Shown: positions 37,465 to 49,624 of the stretch, in pieces
How the letters are laid out: each line of letters opens with the position of its first letter
Numbering within the stretch: position 1 is the first letter of the stretch
Assembly: GCA_963514005.1 (NCBI GenBank)
Contig: OY740783.1
Span: 97,774,001 to 97,838,000, forward strand
Origin: Raja brachyura
Taxonomy: Eukaryota
Reading direction: 5' to 3'
DNA length: 64,000 nt
Translations under genes and position numbers: made by a program
The notes under the pieces: generated by a model
Told to the model about the DNA's origin: nothing
Database searches by the model: none
Seen by the model: only the letters and a program-made list of their open reading frames with translations

Positions 37465-37885
37465 AATCATTAGATCGGCTGGGACTGAATTCCGTCAAGT
37501 TTAGAAGGAGAGCTAATCGTATCAAGATGCACAAAATTCTAAGAGCTCGACAGGTCTGATACAGGGAACGTGTTTTTTTGTTCCTGGTTCAGGAGTCTAG
37601 GATCAAGGGGCACTGTTTCAGAATAAGAGGTGGATATTTAGAACTGAAATGCAGAGACATTCTGTCACTGACGGAAGAGGACCATCAGAATTCACCATCC
37701 CAGAACACTGTGGAGGCTTAGTCATTCCGTTCGTTCAAATCAGATGACTGATGGGATTTTGGGCATGAAAGGAATCAAGGTATACGGGGATAGTGATAGA
37801 AAATTGCACTAAGGTTGATTGGCCATGGACTTAATGAATGGCAGGGCAGATTCAAAGAAAAGAAGGCTTCCTGTTTCTTATGGTT
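37465..37885 (+). mobile_element. Very old CR1 3' relic
   Basis: gtttagaagg..gagtctaggatcaaggggcac..ggaatcaaggtatacgggga..ggccatgg. Confidence 0.6.
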
Positions 37886-39659
37886 TGGACATCTCCTTTA
37901 GGGCATGCAGATGTGCGCATAGAATGTTTCTCCTTCTTTCTGATCATGTTCAATGCAGTGTTAGGTGCCTATCATTCTGAATGATGACTATCTTTATAAT
38001 TCACATTATTTGCCACTGATCAGGTGCTACCGATTGCCTTGTGACCTCAGGAGTTTGTAACCTGCAAAGCTGGCAAGCTGCGCTTGTTCCAACCAAAATG
38101 GAAGAGTTTTTAAAACTGTTCGGTTAATCAGATGACTAGGTGCCTGCAGCCCACTCAGAGAAACGGTGTCTCGTTACAAGGCCCATGTCTGATTTCTACC
38201 CTCTTCATAGTGTTGGTGATGCATGCCAATGTGAACAGGATAATGCCTGCTGAAGGTCGGTGCAACATGGAATAAACATAGATTAAGCCCCCTTGCAGGT
38301 TGGAAGCTTGGAAAGTTGAAGCATTTGCATCTGCCACTATTCCTGCAGCACAAACATATGGATGATATTTTGTTGCTAATAACCGGGAGGTTCCTCTGTG
38401 GATCACACCATAAATCTGACCTGGGGGAATATTGTCGTTTTTTTCCTTGTCACTGCGTCTAAGTCCTGGGACTCTCTACCCAACAGCACTGTGGAACAAG
38501 GCAGACTGTGGAGGTTCAAGAAGGTGACTCACTGTCAGTTGGTGAGGAATGATAAATGCTGCTCCTGCCAGAAGTGTCCGCATTCCATGAATGAACAGCA
38601 AGAAAGTTGGATGGCAGGTCAGCAGTCTGACAACATGGAGGCAATGGATGTCAAGGGAGAGGATGGGGTGAGAGAGTTGTTCGCATCAGCCTATATGTCC
38701 ATATTAATCTTATTAAGCTAAGACTAATGGTTGTATTTTCATTTGACAATGACTTCCATCCACACTGTGCCTTTAGCATTGTAAAGTATGCCAGGCAGGG
38801 TATATCATAGGTAGATCATGAGACAAGAGGCGATGTTAGGGGACGTAACCAAATGTTTGCTCTCAGAGGGAGGTTTTTAAGGAATGTCTAAGCAAGGATG
38901 GCATGTGGAGTGGAGAGATTTAGTGAGGTGTTTCTAAAATTTAGTGGAGTCAGAATGGTGGAGCAGTTAAAATCAAGGATGGCCAGTCAGCAGAATTAAG
39001 CAATTTGGGTGTTCTGAATTCAATTAAAATATCCATTTGCCAGTACTTAACAGGATGTTCTTGTTTCCTTTAACCAGCAGAGCAAGTGTTATAATCACTA
39101 CCCCACGCATGCCTGAAAAATGTTCATATAAATATTTGCAAGTTGGTGCTTATTTGGCGGAATTACTTTTGCAGATCTTGACGCCTCTCTGGCAGCTTGA
39201 AATTAATGCTGGAGTGCCTCATGAAAGTCATTCTTCGCCTATAAAAGGATGAAAGCTGCCTCTTAACGAGGCACAGTTTCCCAGAGAAGGTCGCAGGCAG
39301 CCAGCCAGCTGTTTGGTGGAACTGTTGAAAATCTCTTCCTTTTTAGTTCGGAACACTCCGCAGATCACTGGCTTGGCTAATATCAATTTCCTGAGGCCAT
39401 GAGGTAATGCTTAGCACCTGAGCAGTGGCAATTAATGGGCATGAATAGTCGTGAAACAGAGCTGCAACAGTCCGTGCTGAGAATGAACGTCATTAGAAGG
39501 AGGAGGAGATGGTTCACTAGTCGAGACTACAACGGACCTTTAGGGCCAAGTTAAGAGTCTACATTTTTAACAATTCCGAAACTTGAAGAATACAAGATGG
39601 CGCCAGAAACTAATGTGGCAACTTCAGAAACTAATGTGTCAACTAGAGTTACCGAATGG

Positions 39660-40050
39660 AATAAAGGCCCTTTGGCTCATTGAGTCCATGACGACCATCG
39701 ACCACCACCCACACTAGTCCCACATTATCCCACGTATCATCCACTGTCTCCTTACATACGAGGGGAAATTTACAGAGTACAATTAACCTACAAACTTGCA
39801 CGTCTTTGTGATGTGGGAGGAAACTGGACCCTTAATTTTGTAACTATGTTCCCATGTTTGTCACTCCCTTACTATGTGAATACTTCAACGGCTTCCCTGC
39901 CGAGACCCCTTTGAATCTTATATTTTTGAATATTGGCACCTCTCATCCTTCTAAACTCAAAAGAATGTAGACCCAAACTTTCGAATCTTTCTTATGATGG
40001 CAGCCCTCTCCTCACAGAATTTAGCCCGGTGAATCTCCTTTACATTGCAT
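39660..40050 (-). mobile_element. V-SINE fragment followed by an old CR1 fragment
   Basis: caattaacctacaaac..gtgggaggaaac, then cctctcatccttctaaactc..aatcttt. Confidence 0.6.
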
Positions 40051-40619
40051 TCCATACTACAAAGCTAGATGAACACACAGGGGAGCCCGGTATAGAAGGG
40101 GATAGACGAAGGTCAAGAGTGAAGAGAGGAGGTTCACATGGGGCATAGCACTAGCAAAGAATATTCAGGTCAACTGATCCGATTCTGGGCTATATTTTCA
40201 ATGCAATATCTATCCCAAGTTTGCAAGTTCAAAATAGTCCATTCAAGGCCAGATTATAGAACTTCTTTCCACACGTTGAATCCAGCCAACGATCTTTTCC
40301 ATTCATGGAGTTTCCCTTCCACACTATATCCTGCCAAAAAAAAATTGTATCTGGTGAAAAAAACTTGTTTAAAAGGAATTGCTTGCCTCAGCCTCTTATA
40401 CATTGTTCTGGGAATGTTGCTTATGGTTGCTCCTTTTGAAAGAAAAAAAAGTGTCAGCAAACTTCCAGTCTCAATGGGAAGGATAGGATACTATTTTGAG
40501 AAACAATTTAATTTGCTGGTAAATCTTTGCTCTGATAAAACAGTGACCAGTTAGAGCACATTGTAAGAGGCAGCATTGTGATAATGATAAAAATGACCTG
40601 TTTTTTTAGCAGCATTGGT

Positions 40620-40805
40620 CAAGTGGATTTAAGAGAGAGTTGGATACAGCTCTAGGGGCTAGTGGAGTCAAGGGATATGGGGAGAAGGCAGGCACGGGTT
40701 ATTGATAGCGGACGATCAGCAATGATCACAATGAATGACGGTGCCGGCTCGAAGGGCCGAATGACCTCCTCTTGCACCTATTTTCTATGTTTCTATGTTT
40801 CTATA
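40620..40805 (+). mobile_element. CR1 3' end
   Basis: ggatttaagagagagt..(TTTCTATG)n; same subfamily as 49625-51390. Confidence 0.85.
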
Positions 40806-41651
40806 ATATATTGGATAAAGATACTAGAAATATCCCTCTCCCACGTTTCTTCTTCAAAATAAGGCCATGGGATACAGAACATAGGATATAGAAAAGAGCA
40901 ACTCAGGAAGAAGCCCTATTCCCAACAATGTCTGAATGAACGAATGAATGAATGGATGGATGAATGAATGAATGAATACTTTGTCACATGTAACAAGTCA
41001 CAGTGAAATTATTTGCTTGCATACCCAAGGTTTGCAACTTGTCACCACATAAGGATGCTGACTAAATTACAAAGTATCCACTGTCCCCATGCCGGGTCCC
41101 CATTGTCCATTGTTCTCCCCCCTCCCTCATGGCGGTCCCCCACGCCGGGTCCTCCTTTGTTCCTTCCCTCGACAGCGGCGTCCTCACTTCCATGTGGTCC
41201 ACCCTCGTCCAATGATGCCAAGATCTCACCTGCCTGCAATACCCCTCCATTCCCTGCATTTCCAGGATATTCTGCATATGTGCTTATCTATAAATTTGTT
41301 AAATGCTACTCTTGTATCTGCTATTGCCACCGCCCCAGCAGTGTGTTCTGGGCACCCACCACTCTGTAAAATAACTTGCCCTGCACATCTCCTTAAAACG
41401 TTACCCCCCTCATCTTAAAGCCATAGCCTCTATTCTTTGACATTTCCACCTGGAGACAAAGTTTCTACCTGACTGTCTACCCCGGCTATATCAGTCAGAA
41501 TTTTATATACTTCCATCAGGTCTCCCCTCAATCTCTGGCATCACAGAGAAAACATTCAAAATCTGCCCAACCTTTCCTGGTAGTTAATACCACTTAATCC
41601 GAGCATCATTCTGGTAAGCCTCTTCTGCACCCTCTCCAAAGTATCCACAGG

Positions 41652-43590
41652 CTAGTCACGGTGGCGCAGCGGTAGAGTTGCTGCCTTACAGCAAAATGCA
41701 GCACCGGAGACCCGGGTTCGATCCCAAATATGGGCGCTGTCTGTTGCAGAATTTGGTATACCCGGTCATGTTCTAAAAACCTGTGCGGACCAACTGGCTG
41801 GAGTTTTTACGGACATTTTCAACCTCTCACTTCTGAGGTCTGAGGTCTGAGGTCCCCACCTGCTTCAAAAGGGCATCAATTATACCAGTGCCCAAGAAGA
41901 GCAAAGTGACGTGCCTCAATGACTTCTTGACCAGTGGCACTAACGCCTGTGGTGATGAAGTGCTTTGAGAGGTTGATCATGGAGCAAATCAACTCCTACC
42001 TCGACAAAAACCTGGACCCACTGCAGTTCGCTTACCGCCACAACAGTGCCTCAAAAAGGCTGGCAATATCATCAAAGACCCACACCATCCTGGCCACACA
42101 CTCATCCCTCTGCTACCTTCAGGTAGAAGGTATAGGAGCCTGAAGACTGCAACGACCAGGTTCAGAAATAACTACTTCCCCACAGCCATCAGGCTATTAA
42201 ACCAGGCTCGGACAAAACTCTGATTATTAATGGTGGATGCGATCTCGCTGGCCCTCCACTCCGCTCTGGACCAGTTGGACAACAAAAACTCATATGTCAG
42301 GCTGTTATTTATCGATTACAGCTCAGCATTTAACACAAACATCCCCTCCAAGCTGGTTACCAAACTCGCAGAACTGGGTTTCTGCACATCTCTCTGCAAT
42401 TGGATTCTCGACTTCCTCATTCACAGACCACAGTCTGTTCATATTGGTGGAAATGTGTCAGCCTCGATAACAATCAGCACGGGAGCACCTCGAGGCTGCG
42501 TGCTCAGCCCCCTGCTGTACTCATTCTATACTCATGACTGCGTAGCCAGTCACAGTGCGACCTCCATCATCAAGTTCGCTGATGACACCACTGTTGTGGG
42601 ACGGATCACTGATGGGGATGAGTCAGAGTATAGAAGAGAAATCGAGCAACTGTCCATATGGTGCCAGCACAATAACCTGGCCCTCAACACCAGCAAAACC
42701 AAGGAACTGATTGTGGACTTTGGAAGGAGTAGGATGGGGACCTACAGTCCTGTTTACATCAACGGGTCGATGGTTGAAAGGGTAAAGAGCTTCAAATTCC
42801 TGGGCGTGCACATCTCTGAAGATCTTTCCTGGTCCGAGAACACTAATGTAATCATCAAGCAAGCACATCAGCGCCTCTACTTCCTGAGAAGATTACGGAG
42901 AGTCGGTTTGTCAAGGAGGATTCTCTCTAACTTCTACAGGTGCACAGTAGAGAGCATGCTGACCAGTTGCATCGTGGCTTGGTTCGGCAACTTGAGTGTC
43001 ATGGAGAGGAAAAGACTACAAAAAGTAGTAAACACTGCCCAGTCCAATATCGGCTCTGACCTTCCTTCCATCGAGGGGATTTATCCCAGTCGCTGCCTCA
43101 AAAAGGCTGGCAGTATCATCAAGGACCCACACCACCCTGGCCACACACTCATCTCTCTGCTACCTTCAGGTAGAAGGTATAGGAGCCTGAAGACTGCAAC
43201 GACCAGGTTCAGAAATAGCTACTTCCCCACAGCCATCAGGCTATTAAACCAGGCTCGGACAAAACTCTGATTATTAATAACGCATTATCTGTTATTTGCA
43301 CTTTATCAGTTTATTTATTCATGTATATTATGGTATATGGACACACTGATCTGTTTTGTAGTAAATGCCTACTATGTTCTGTGTGCTGAAGCAAAGCAAG
43401 AACTTCATTATCCTATCAGGGACACATGACAATAAACTCACTTGAACTTGTACGGTCTCCCCGTAACCTGCGTCGATTTTCTCCGAGATCTTCGGTTTCT
43501 TCCCACATTCCAAAGACGTACAGGTTTGTAGGTTAATTGGCTTGATAATATAAAAATTGTCCAGTATAAAATTGTCCAACTTCCAGTATA
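41652..43590 (+). mobile_element. V-SINE split by Rex1 (SINE parts about 41652-41753 and 43449-43590)
   Basis: Head gtcacggtggcgcagcggtagagttgctgcc..ggttcgatc; V-domain resumes tgtacggtctccccgtaacc after the Rex1 tail. Confidence 0.8.
41754..43449 (+). mobile_element. Rex1/Babar non-LTR retrotransposon, 5'-truncated, with RT domain
   Basis: [70 protein letters not shown]; tail aataaactcacttgaacttg. Confidence 0.93.
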
Positions 43591-44518
43591 GTCCCCGGTG
43601 GACTGTTCGGAAGGTATAAAATACAAGGTACATCCTGCCAATAATGGATGACCAGAACTGTTCACAATACTCCAAATCCAACCTAACCAAAGTCTTATAA
43701 AGTTGCATCATGGTTTCCTGTCTCTTATACCCAAAGAAGGCAAGCGTACCACAGGCCATCTTTACTGCTCTTCCTACTTGTGTTGCCACTTTCACGGAGC
43801 TATGGACCTGGACCCCAAGATCCCTCTGCACACCTACGTCTCCGAGGGTCTTCCCATCAACCGTACACCTTCCCCTTACATTTGACCTCCCAACATGCAA
43901 CACCTTTGTTGTCTGCACCATTATTCACAAAAGAGAAACTCCGCCAAGCTGTTCTCAGTCTGCTGATCCCATAATGAGGATTCAGTTAGAAGCAGTGCCA
44001 CATGTTGCTGGATATATTGGCTTCGATTCTCTTTAGAAAAGCTCACCACCAAAAATTGTCATTTACATACTTGCTGTCTAAGCACTCTGACCTTGGCCAT
44101 ATATCCATTGACAACCTGGCTGGCTTGACGATAGCACCAACATGACTGGTGAGGGCTCTGGAGAGAGCAAGACGTTTCTTTGTAACCTGGAGACCAGAGT
44201 GTTATCAACACACATGAGTACATGTGTTTTTATTTAATTGCCATACTGCAATTGACCCACAAGGAATCCTGTGGATTTCTTAATTTCCCTGTTGGCCTCA
44301 AGTTAAGCAGGTGATTGTTACCATTGCCCCAAACGAGAAGCAGGAAAGGACTTACATGTGCTTTGAATTGTGCATTTCTCCGACACTGATTAAGTCCACT
44401 GTGTTGATACGAGGCAGACCTGATAATGCACAAAGCTGTCTTCCATTAAAGGGGGCTTATCCTAATACAATCCGGCTGCGGCAAGGAATGATCTTGCCTC
44501 ATTTAAACTCAAGATGTT

Positions 44519-44713
44519 TGTAGATGTTTAGTGCATGTCCCTTTAATTGTAGGTTGTGTAGCCACTCCCCTTTCACCAAGTATATTACTGTCTCTCCATC
44601 CCTGGTACCTCCTCTAGTAAAACGTGCAGACCATGTACAACTAGGGCATCGATATATATGTGATTAATAAAGACTTGGTAAAGAAACACTGTGTACGTGT
44701 TAACTCCTTTACA
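44519..44713 (+). repeat. 5' LTR
   Basis: TG...CA ends; internal AATAAA; followed by PBS start TGGTGTCA. Confidence 0.95.
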
Positions 44714-44721
44714 TGGTGTCA

Positions 44722-44920
44722 CAGTTCATTGGCTATATTTAAGAGGGCGTTAGATGTGGCACTTGTGGCTAAAGGGATCAGGGGGTATGGAGAGAAGGCA
44801 GGTACGGGATACTGAGTTGGATGATCAGCCATGATCACATTGAATGGCGGTGCAGGCTCGAAGGGCCGAATGGCCTACTCCTGCACCTATTTTCTATGTT
44901 TCTATGTTTCTATGTTTCTA
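44722..44920 (+). mobile_element. Young CR1 3' end inserted into the Gypsy primer-binding site
   Basis: Matches the 3' ends at about 3047-3236 and 14297-14490; TGTCA TSD at 44717-44721 and 44921-44925. Confidence 0.93.
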
Positions 44921-45000
44921 TGTCAGTCGTTTCGAATTGCGCGCCTCCTGTTTATCGGGTTTAGTTTTTTTTTGCCCCAGTTACCCTTCCCTGCCTGGTT

Positions 45001-48000
45001 ATGGCTTCCTCCTGCCGCAAGCCTGAGTCCCTTGTCTTTGACGACGACATCGCTCACCGGTGGAATGTGTTCCGCCGGGATTTTCGGCATTATGTGGCTA
45101 TCGTGCACCCGGGAGTTTCCTCTGCCATTAAAGCGTCGCTGCTATTGAATCTAGCCGGCTCCGAGGCTCTGGAGCGCTCTGAATCGTTTGAGTACGGGCC
45201 GAATGAGGACCCCGAGGACCTTGACTGTCTACTGGGAAAGTTCAACGAGATGTGCGATGTGCCCACGAACTCTATTCTGGAGCGTTTTAAGTTTTTTGGA
45301 CGTCGTCAGAAACCCGGTGAGTCTGTCGGCAACTTCTACGCTGACCTACGGCACCTGGCTAGGCGATGCCACCTGAATGACGCTACCCCAGAGACCCTGA
45401 CCCGCGATGTCTTGGTGTATGGTCTACGAAATGAAAAGCTGCGGTCGGAGCTCCTGTGTAAGGCAGACTTGACTCTCCAGGCTGCCCTGCATGCTGCAAA
45501 GATGTCTGAGGCTGTTATCTCTGCTGCACCACCCCCTGATCATGAGGTTCGGGCAGCTACCGTCGCAACCCGCCGTCCTGCTCAGCAAACTCGCCGTGGG
45601 GCCAGCTATGGTTCAAGTTCCAAGCTGGAGAAGCGCTGCCCGAACTGTAACTTTGTGACTCATCGTTTCAACGTGTGCCCTGCGGTGGGAAAGATTTGTA
45701 ACTTCTGCAACAAGCCTAACCACTTCTCGTCAGCATGCAGAGCTAGAAAAAATCCTGCCCAGCAACAGCGCAGGCACTCTAATTACCTGGTACGGGATGG
45801 TACTGCGTCTGGTTCTTATCACCCTCCTGACAACCTCCCACTGTCTGATTCGGACTCTTCTCAGAGTGAGCTCAGCGTGTTTTCAGTTAGGAAGGCACCT
45901 GCTCGAATAACAGACCCTACTGTGCAAGTTACTGTCAATGGTTCTACGTTCTCTGCCAATGTCGATACTGGGGCCGCCACGAACGTTATGTCTACTAGCC
46001 TTTTCAAGAAGATAAGGAATAATGAGCGAGTCACCGTTGAGCGCTCTGTCCTTCGTGCTTATGGGGGAGGGTTGCTTGTCCCTGTGGGGAAGGCTACCCT
46101 GAACTGTGAAGTGCTAGAGACCGTTCGGCCCCTCTCCTTCTTCCTGGTTAACGAAAAATGTGTTACACTGCTCGGTGTTCGGGCATGCCAAGACCTCGGA
46201 TTGGTCAATTTTCACCGGGAGATCCGTTTAGTTCAGCAACCTTTGGACCCGTTAGCCGAGTACCCCGATCGGTTTGACAATGCGCTGGGGATGCTCCCCT
46301 GCAGTTATGAGATCTCTCTAAAACCTGACGTGGATCCAGTTATACGCCCTCCACACCGGGTCTCCTTTGCGATGAAGGATAGGGTCGAGTCCACCCTTCG
46401 GGACATGGTGGCTACAGGCATTCTGAAAGAGGTGAGCGAGCCCACTCAGTGGGTCTCCACCATGGTGGTTGCTGCCAAGAAGGACAAGAGTGAGCTACGG
46501 ATCTGCATCAACCCCAAAGATTTGAACCTGGCTATCAAGCGCCCGCACTATCCCATGCGTACTGTCGAAGATGTTGCTGCACAGGTTGGCCCTGCCACTG
46601 TGTTTTCGGTGCTGGATGCTAAGAGCTCGTTCTGGCAGATGCCGCTAGATGAACAATCGTCCTACCTGACGACCTTTGCCACTCCCTTTGGGAGGTTCCG
46701 ATTCCTGCGCATGCCGTTCGGGATCAGCTCCGCCAGTGAAGTTTTCCAGAGGACGATGGAACAGCTGTTTGCGGGGCTCCCGTGCGCTATCATTGTAGAT
46801 GACAGCACGACCACAACCTCCGACTAGTTTTGGATCGAGCTCGGGAGGTAAATCTGAAGCTCAACCCCAGTAAATGCCGGTTCCGTGTCCCGGAGGTCAC
46901 CTATGTGGGACACGTCTTCACAGCGTCCGGGCTGAAGCCCGACCCACAGAAGACCGCTGCTATCTCGGAGATGCCTGCTCCTGTGGATGTGCCGAGCCTC
47001 CAGCGTTTCCTTGGCATGGTTAATTACTTGGGAAAATTCATCCCCGATCTGAGCGAGTTGAGTGCCCCTTTAAGAGACTTGGTGAAGAAAGACACTGCAT
47101 GGTCCTGGTTCCCGCAACACCAGGCTGCTTTCGATATGCTGCGTTCAAAGCTTGTCTGCACTCCGACGCTGCAATATTTCGATTTGAACCGTCCTATTGT
47201 CCTCACGTGCGATGCTTCAAAGTTCGGGCTGGGTGCTGCTTGTTTGCAAGTTCATGATGGGGTCCAGTTACCCGTGTCCTTCGCGTCCCGCACGATGACT
47301 CCAGCTGAGCAGCGCTATGCCCAGATCGAAAAGGAACTGCTGGCTGTTGTGTTTGCATGTTCAAAGTTTAAGGACTATATCCTGGGAACTGAATTCTCTA
47401 TTGAGACCGACCACCAGCCTCTGGTCACCATCCTCGGCAAGCCGATTCACGCTGCCTCCTCCAGGCTGCAGCGGATGATGCTGCAGCTGCAGCGTTTTAC
47501 CTTCTCCGTAGTGTACCGTAGAGGCAAGGACATGTTTATTGCTGACACGCTGTCTCGGGCTCCTCTGGCTTCGACCACCCGTCACCCTTATGAGGCTTCA
47601 GGTATGATTGTCCTGAATGTCAACTTTGTTCCTTCAAAACAACTACAGTCCTTAGCCTCGCTCCAACAGCTAGCTGCGGTCATTCAAAGGGGTTGGCCCG
47701 AGCGACGTTCTTCCCTGCCCGCCGCGGCAGTGCCCTACTTCCTGGTCCGTGACGAGCTGGTGCTACGAGATGGAGTTATCGTTAAGGGTCACAAGGTTGT
47801 GGTACCTGAGGCTCTTCGCCAACAGTATTTCGACACCGCTCATCGGGGTCATCCTGGCGCCGAGGCCACTCTCTCTATCGCCCAAAGCCAGTTTTATTGG
47901 CCTGATATGGCTGTGTATTTTCGGGACCGGGTGTCATCTTGCCCTACCTGCAACAGTCTCGCCCCGCAGCAGCAGCGTTTGCCCCTTCTGCAGCAGCCCG

Positions 48001-49061
48001 CACCGGACCTGCCATGGTCGGCGCTGGCAACGGACATTTTTGAGTGGCATGGCAAGCACTTCTTGGTGCTTGTCGACTCTTACTCCAACTGGTATGAGGT
48101 CGACCAGTTGTTTTCTCTCTCCTCTTCTGCTGTTATCGCGAAGCTGCGCCGCCACTTCGCGACCTTTGGATCACCAGCGAGCCTGCAGTCAGACAACGGC
48201 AGCCAATTTACCAGTGCGGAGTTCAAGGACTTTGCTGACCGCTGGAACTTTCGGCATTACACTAGTAGCCCTGAGTACCCTCAGAGCAATGGCCTGGCCG
48301 AGCGTGCTGTTCGCAGCGCAAAGGACTTGTTGAATCGCTGCCGCGCATCGAAGTCTGACATTTACCTCGCCCTCCTCAACCTGCGAAACATTTCCCGTGA
48401 CGGTGTTCTGGGATCCCCGGCGCAGCGCCTCATGTCCCGGGTTACTCGACCTCCCATTCCGGTGGCCCAGCAGACTCTTACCCCAGCTGTTGTAAAACCT
48501 GCCGTGGTCCGTGAGCGTATTGCTACCAAGCAGTCCATTCAGAAGCGATCCCACGACAGGTCTTGCCGTGCCCTGCCTCCTCTGTCTCCTGGTCAGGTTG
48601 TCCGCATGCATTCCACCTCCGGTCACCCTGGCCTTGCGGTTGTTGTTGGGACGGCTGGTTCACCTCGCTCCTATCTGGTGAACCTCGATGGTACTGTTTA
48701 CCGTCGGTCCAGGCGGCACCTCCGCCTGGTGAACGAGCCTCCTCCTCCAACTCCTCCTGCTGACCCCCATGCTCCCCCTCTGTCCGCTCTCCCGCCTGTA
48801 GCGGTCACTAAACCTGTGCCTGCTCGCCCTGTCCCGGTTCTTCTCCCTGTGCCTGTTCCCGTGCCTCCAGCCGTCTCTTCCCCATCGCCAGGTCGCTCGC
48901 CTCCAATCCCTTTGTCACCACGCAAGTCCCCACATTGTAGTCCTCCTGTCGTGGGGTCTCCCCCGGTGCCCGTTTCTTTGGGGGGAGAGGGTGTGAGCGG
49001 GGTTCGTACCCGCTCGGGGCGGATTGTAAGGGCGCCTGACCGTTATGGCGATTATATTTGA
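45001..49061 (+). pseudogene. Gypsy gag-pol polyprotein, broken by one frameshifting deletion near 46803
   Basis: Zn knuckles CPNC..H..C and CNFCNKPNHFSSAC; protease VDTGA; RT RICINPKDLN, RMPFGI, IVDD; RNase H DASKFGLG, YAQIEKE; integrase HRGH..CPTC, SDNGSQF, SNGLAERAV; C-terminus TRSGRIVRAPDRY. Confidence 0.95.
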
Positions 49062-49153
49062 TTGCTGCTATTTTGCTGTCTATCCTTTTCCAGTTGCTCT
49101 AGTGTATGAGACATGGTCGGCTGTCACGTTCCTTTCTTTTGTAAGAGGAAGGA

Positions 49154-49348
49154 TGTAGATGTTTAGTGCATGTCCCTTTAATTGTAGGTTGTGTAGCCAC
49201 TCCCCTTTCACCAAGTATATTACTGTCTCTCCATCCCTAGTACCTCCTCTAGTAAAACGTGCAGACCATGTACAACTAGGGCATCGATATATATGTGATT
49301 AATAAAGACTCGGTAAAGAAACACTGTGTACGTGTTAACTCCTTCTCA
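49154..49348 (+). repeat. 3' LTR, preceded by polypurine tract AAGAGGAAGGA (49143-49153)
   Basis: Two internal mismatches to the 5' LTR over the first 191 bp; the terminus reads CCTTCTCA instead of CCTTTACA. Confidence 0.93.
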
Positions 49349-49624
49349 ATTAAAGATCTCCTATCTCCATTTGTGATTTTCAGCTGACACTTTATATCTA
49401 AGAGTAATGGAGTGGTTTACTGACAATGGTGTTATCCTTCAGATAAAGAAACCCAAGCCTCTCATGTGGGTAGAAAATGTCTGTCCTTCGACCAACAACA
49501 CTAATAGCAGTAAATAACTCCTATACGTAAACAAGTTCATCAGTGCTGCCAACTCCTGTTCACCCACATTGACTCCAAGCCTAGCAATGCCTAGAATTTA
49601 GAATCCTCGCCCCTGCTTTCAGAT

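Larger units (their letters stand above)
40870..43905 (-). mobile_element. Older CR1 hosting nested inserts (a (GAAT)n-tailed element about 40935-41208; a SINE plus Rex1 about 41652-43590)
   Basis: CR1 text ..ctccaaagtatccaca (41649) resumes as catcctgccaataatggatgaccagaactg (43631). Confidence 0.7.
44519..49348 (+). mobile_element. Ty3/Gypsy LTR retrotransposon (Mag-like), near full length, young
   Basis: Two ~195-bp LTRs, PBS, gag-pol in PR-RT-RH-IN order and PPT. Confidence 0.97.

Noticed and set aside
48730-49061. env gene or chromodomain after the Gypsy integrase
   Set aside because: Only a Pro-rich linker and a TRSGR tail; just ~80 bp remain before the PPT.
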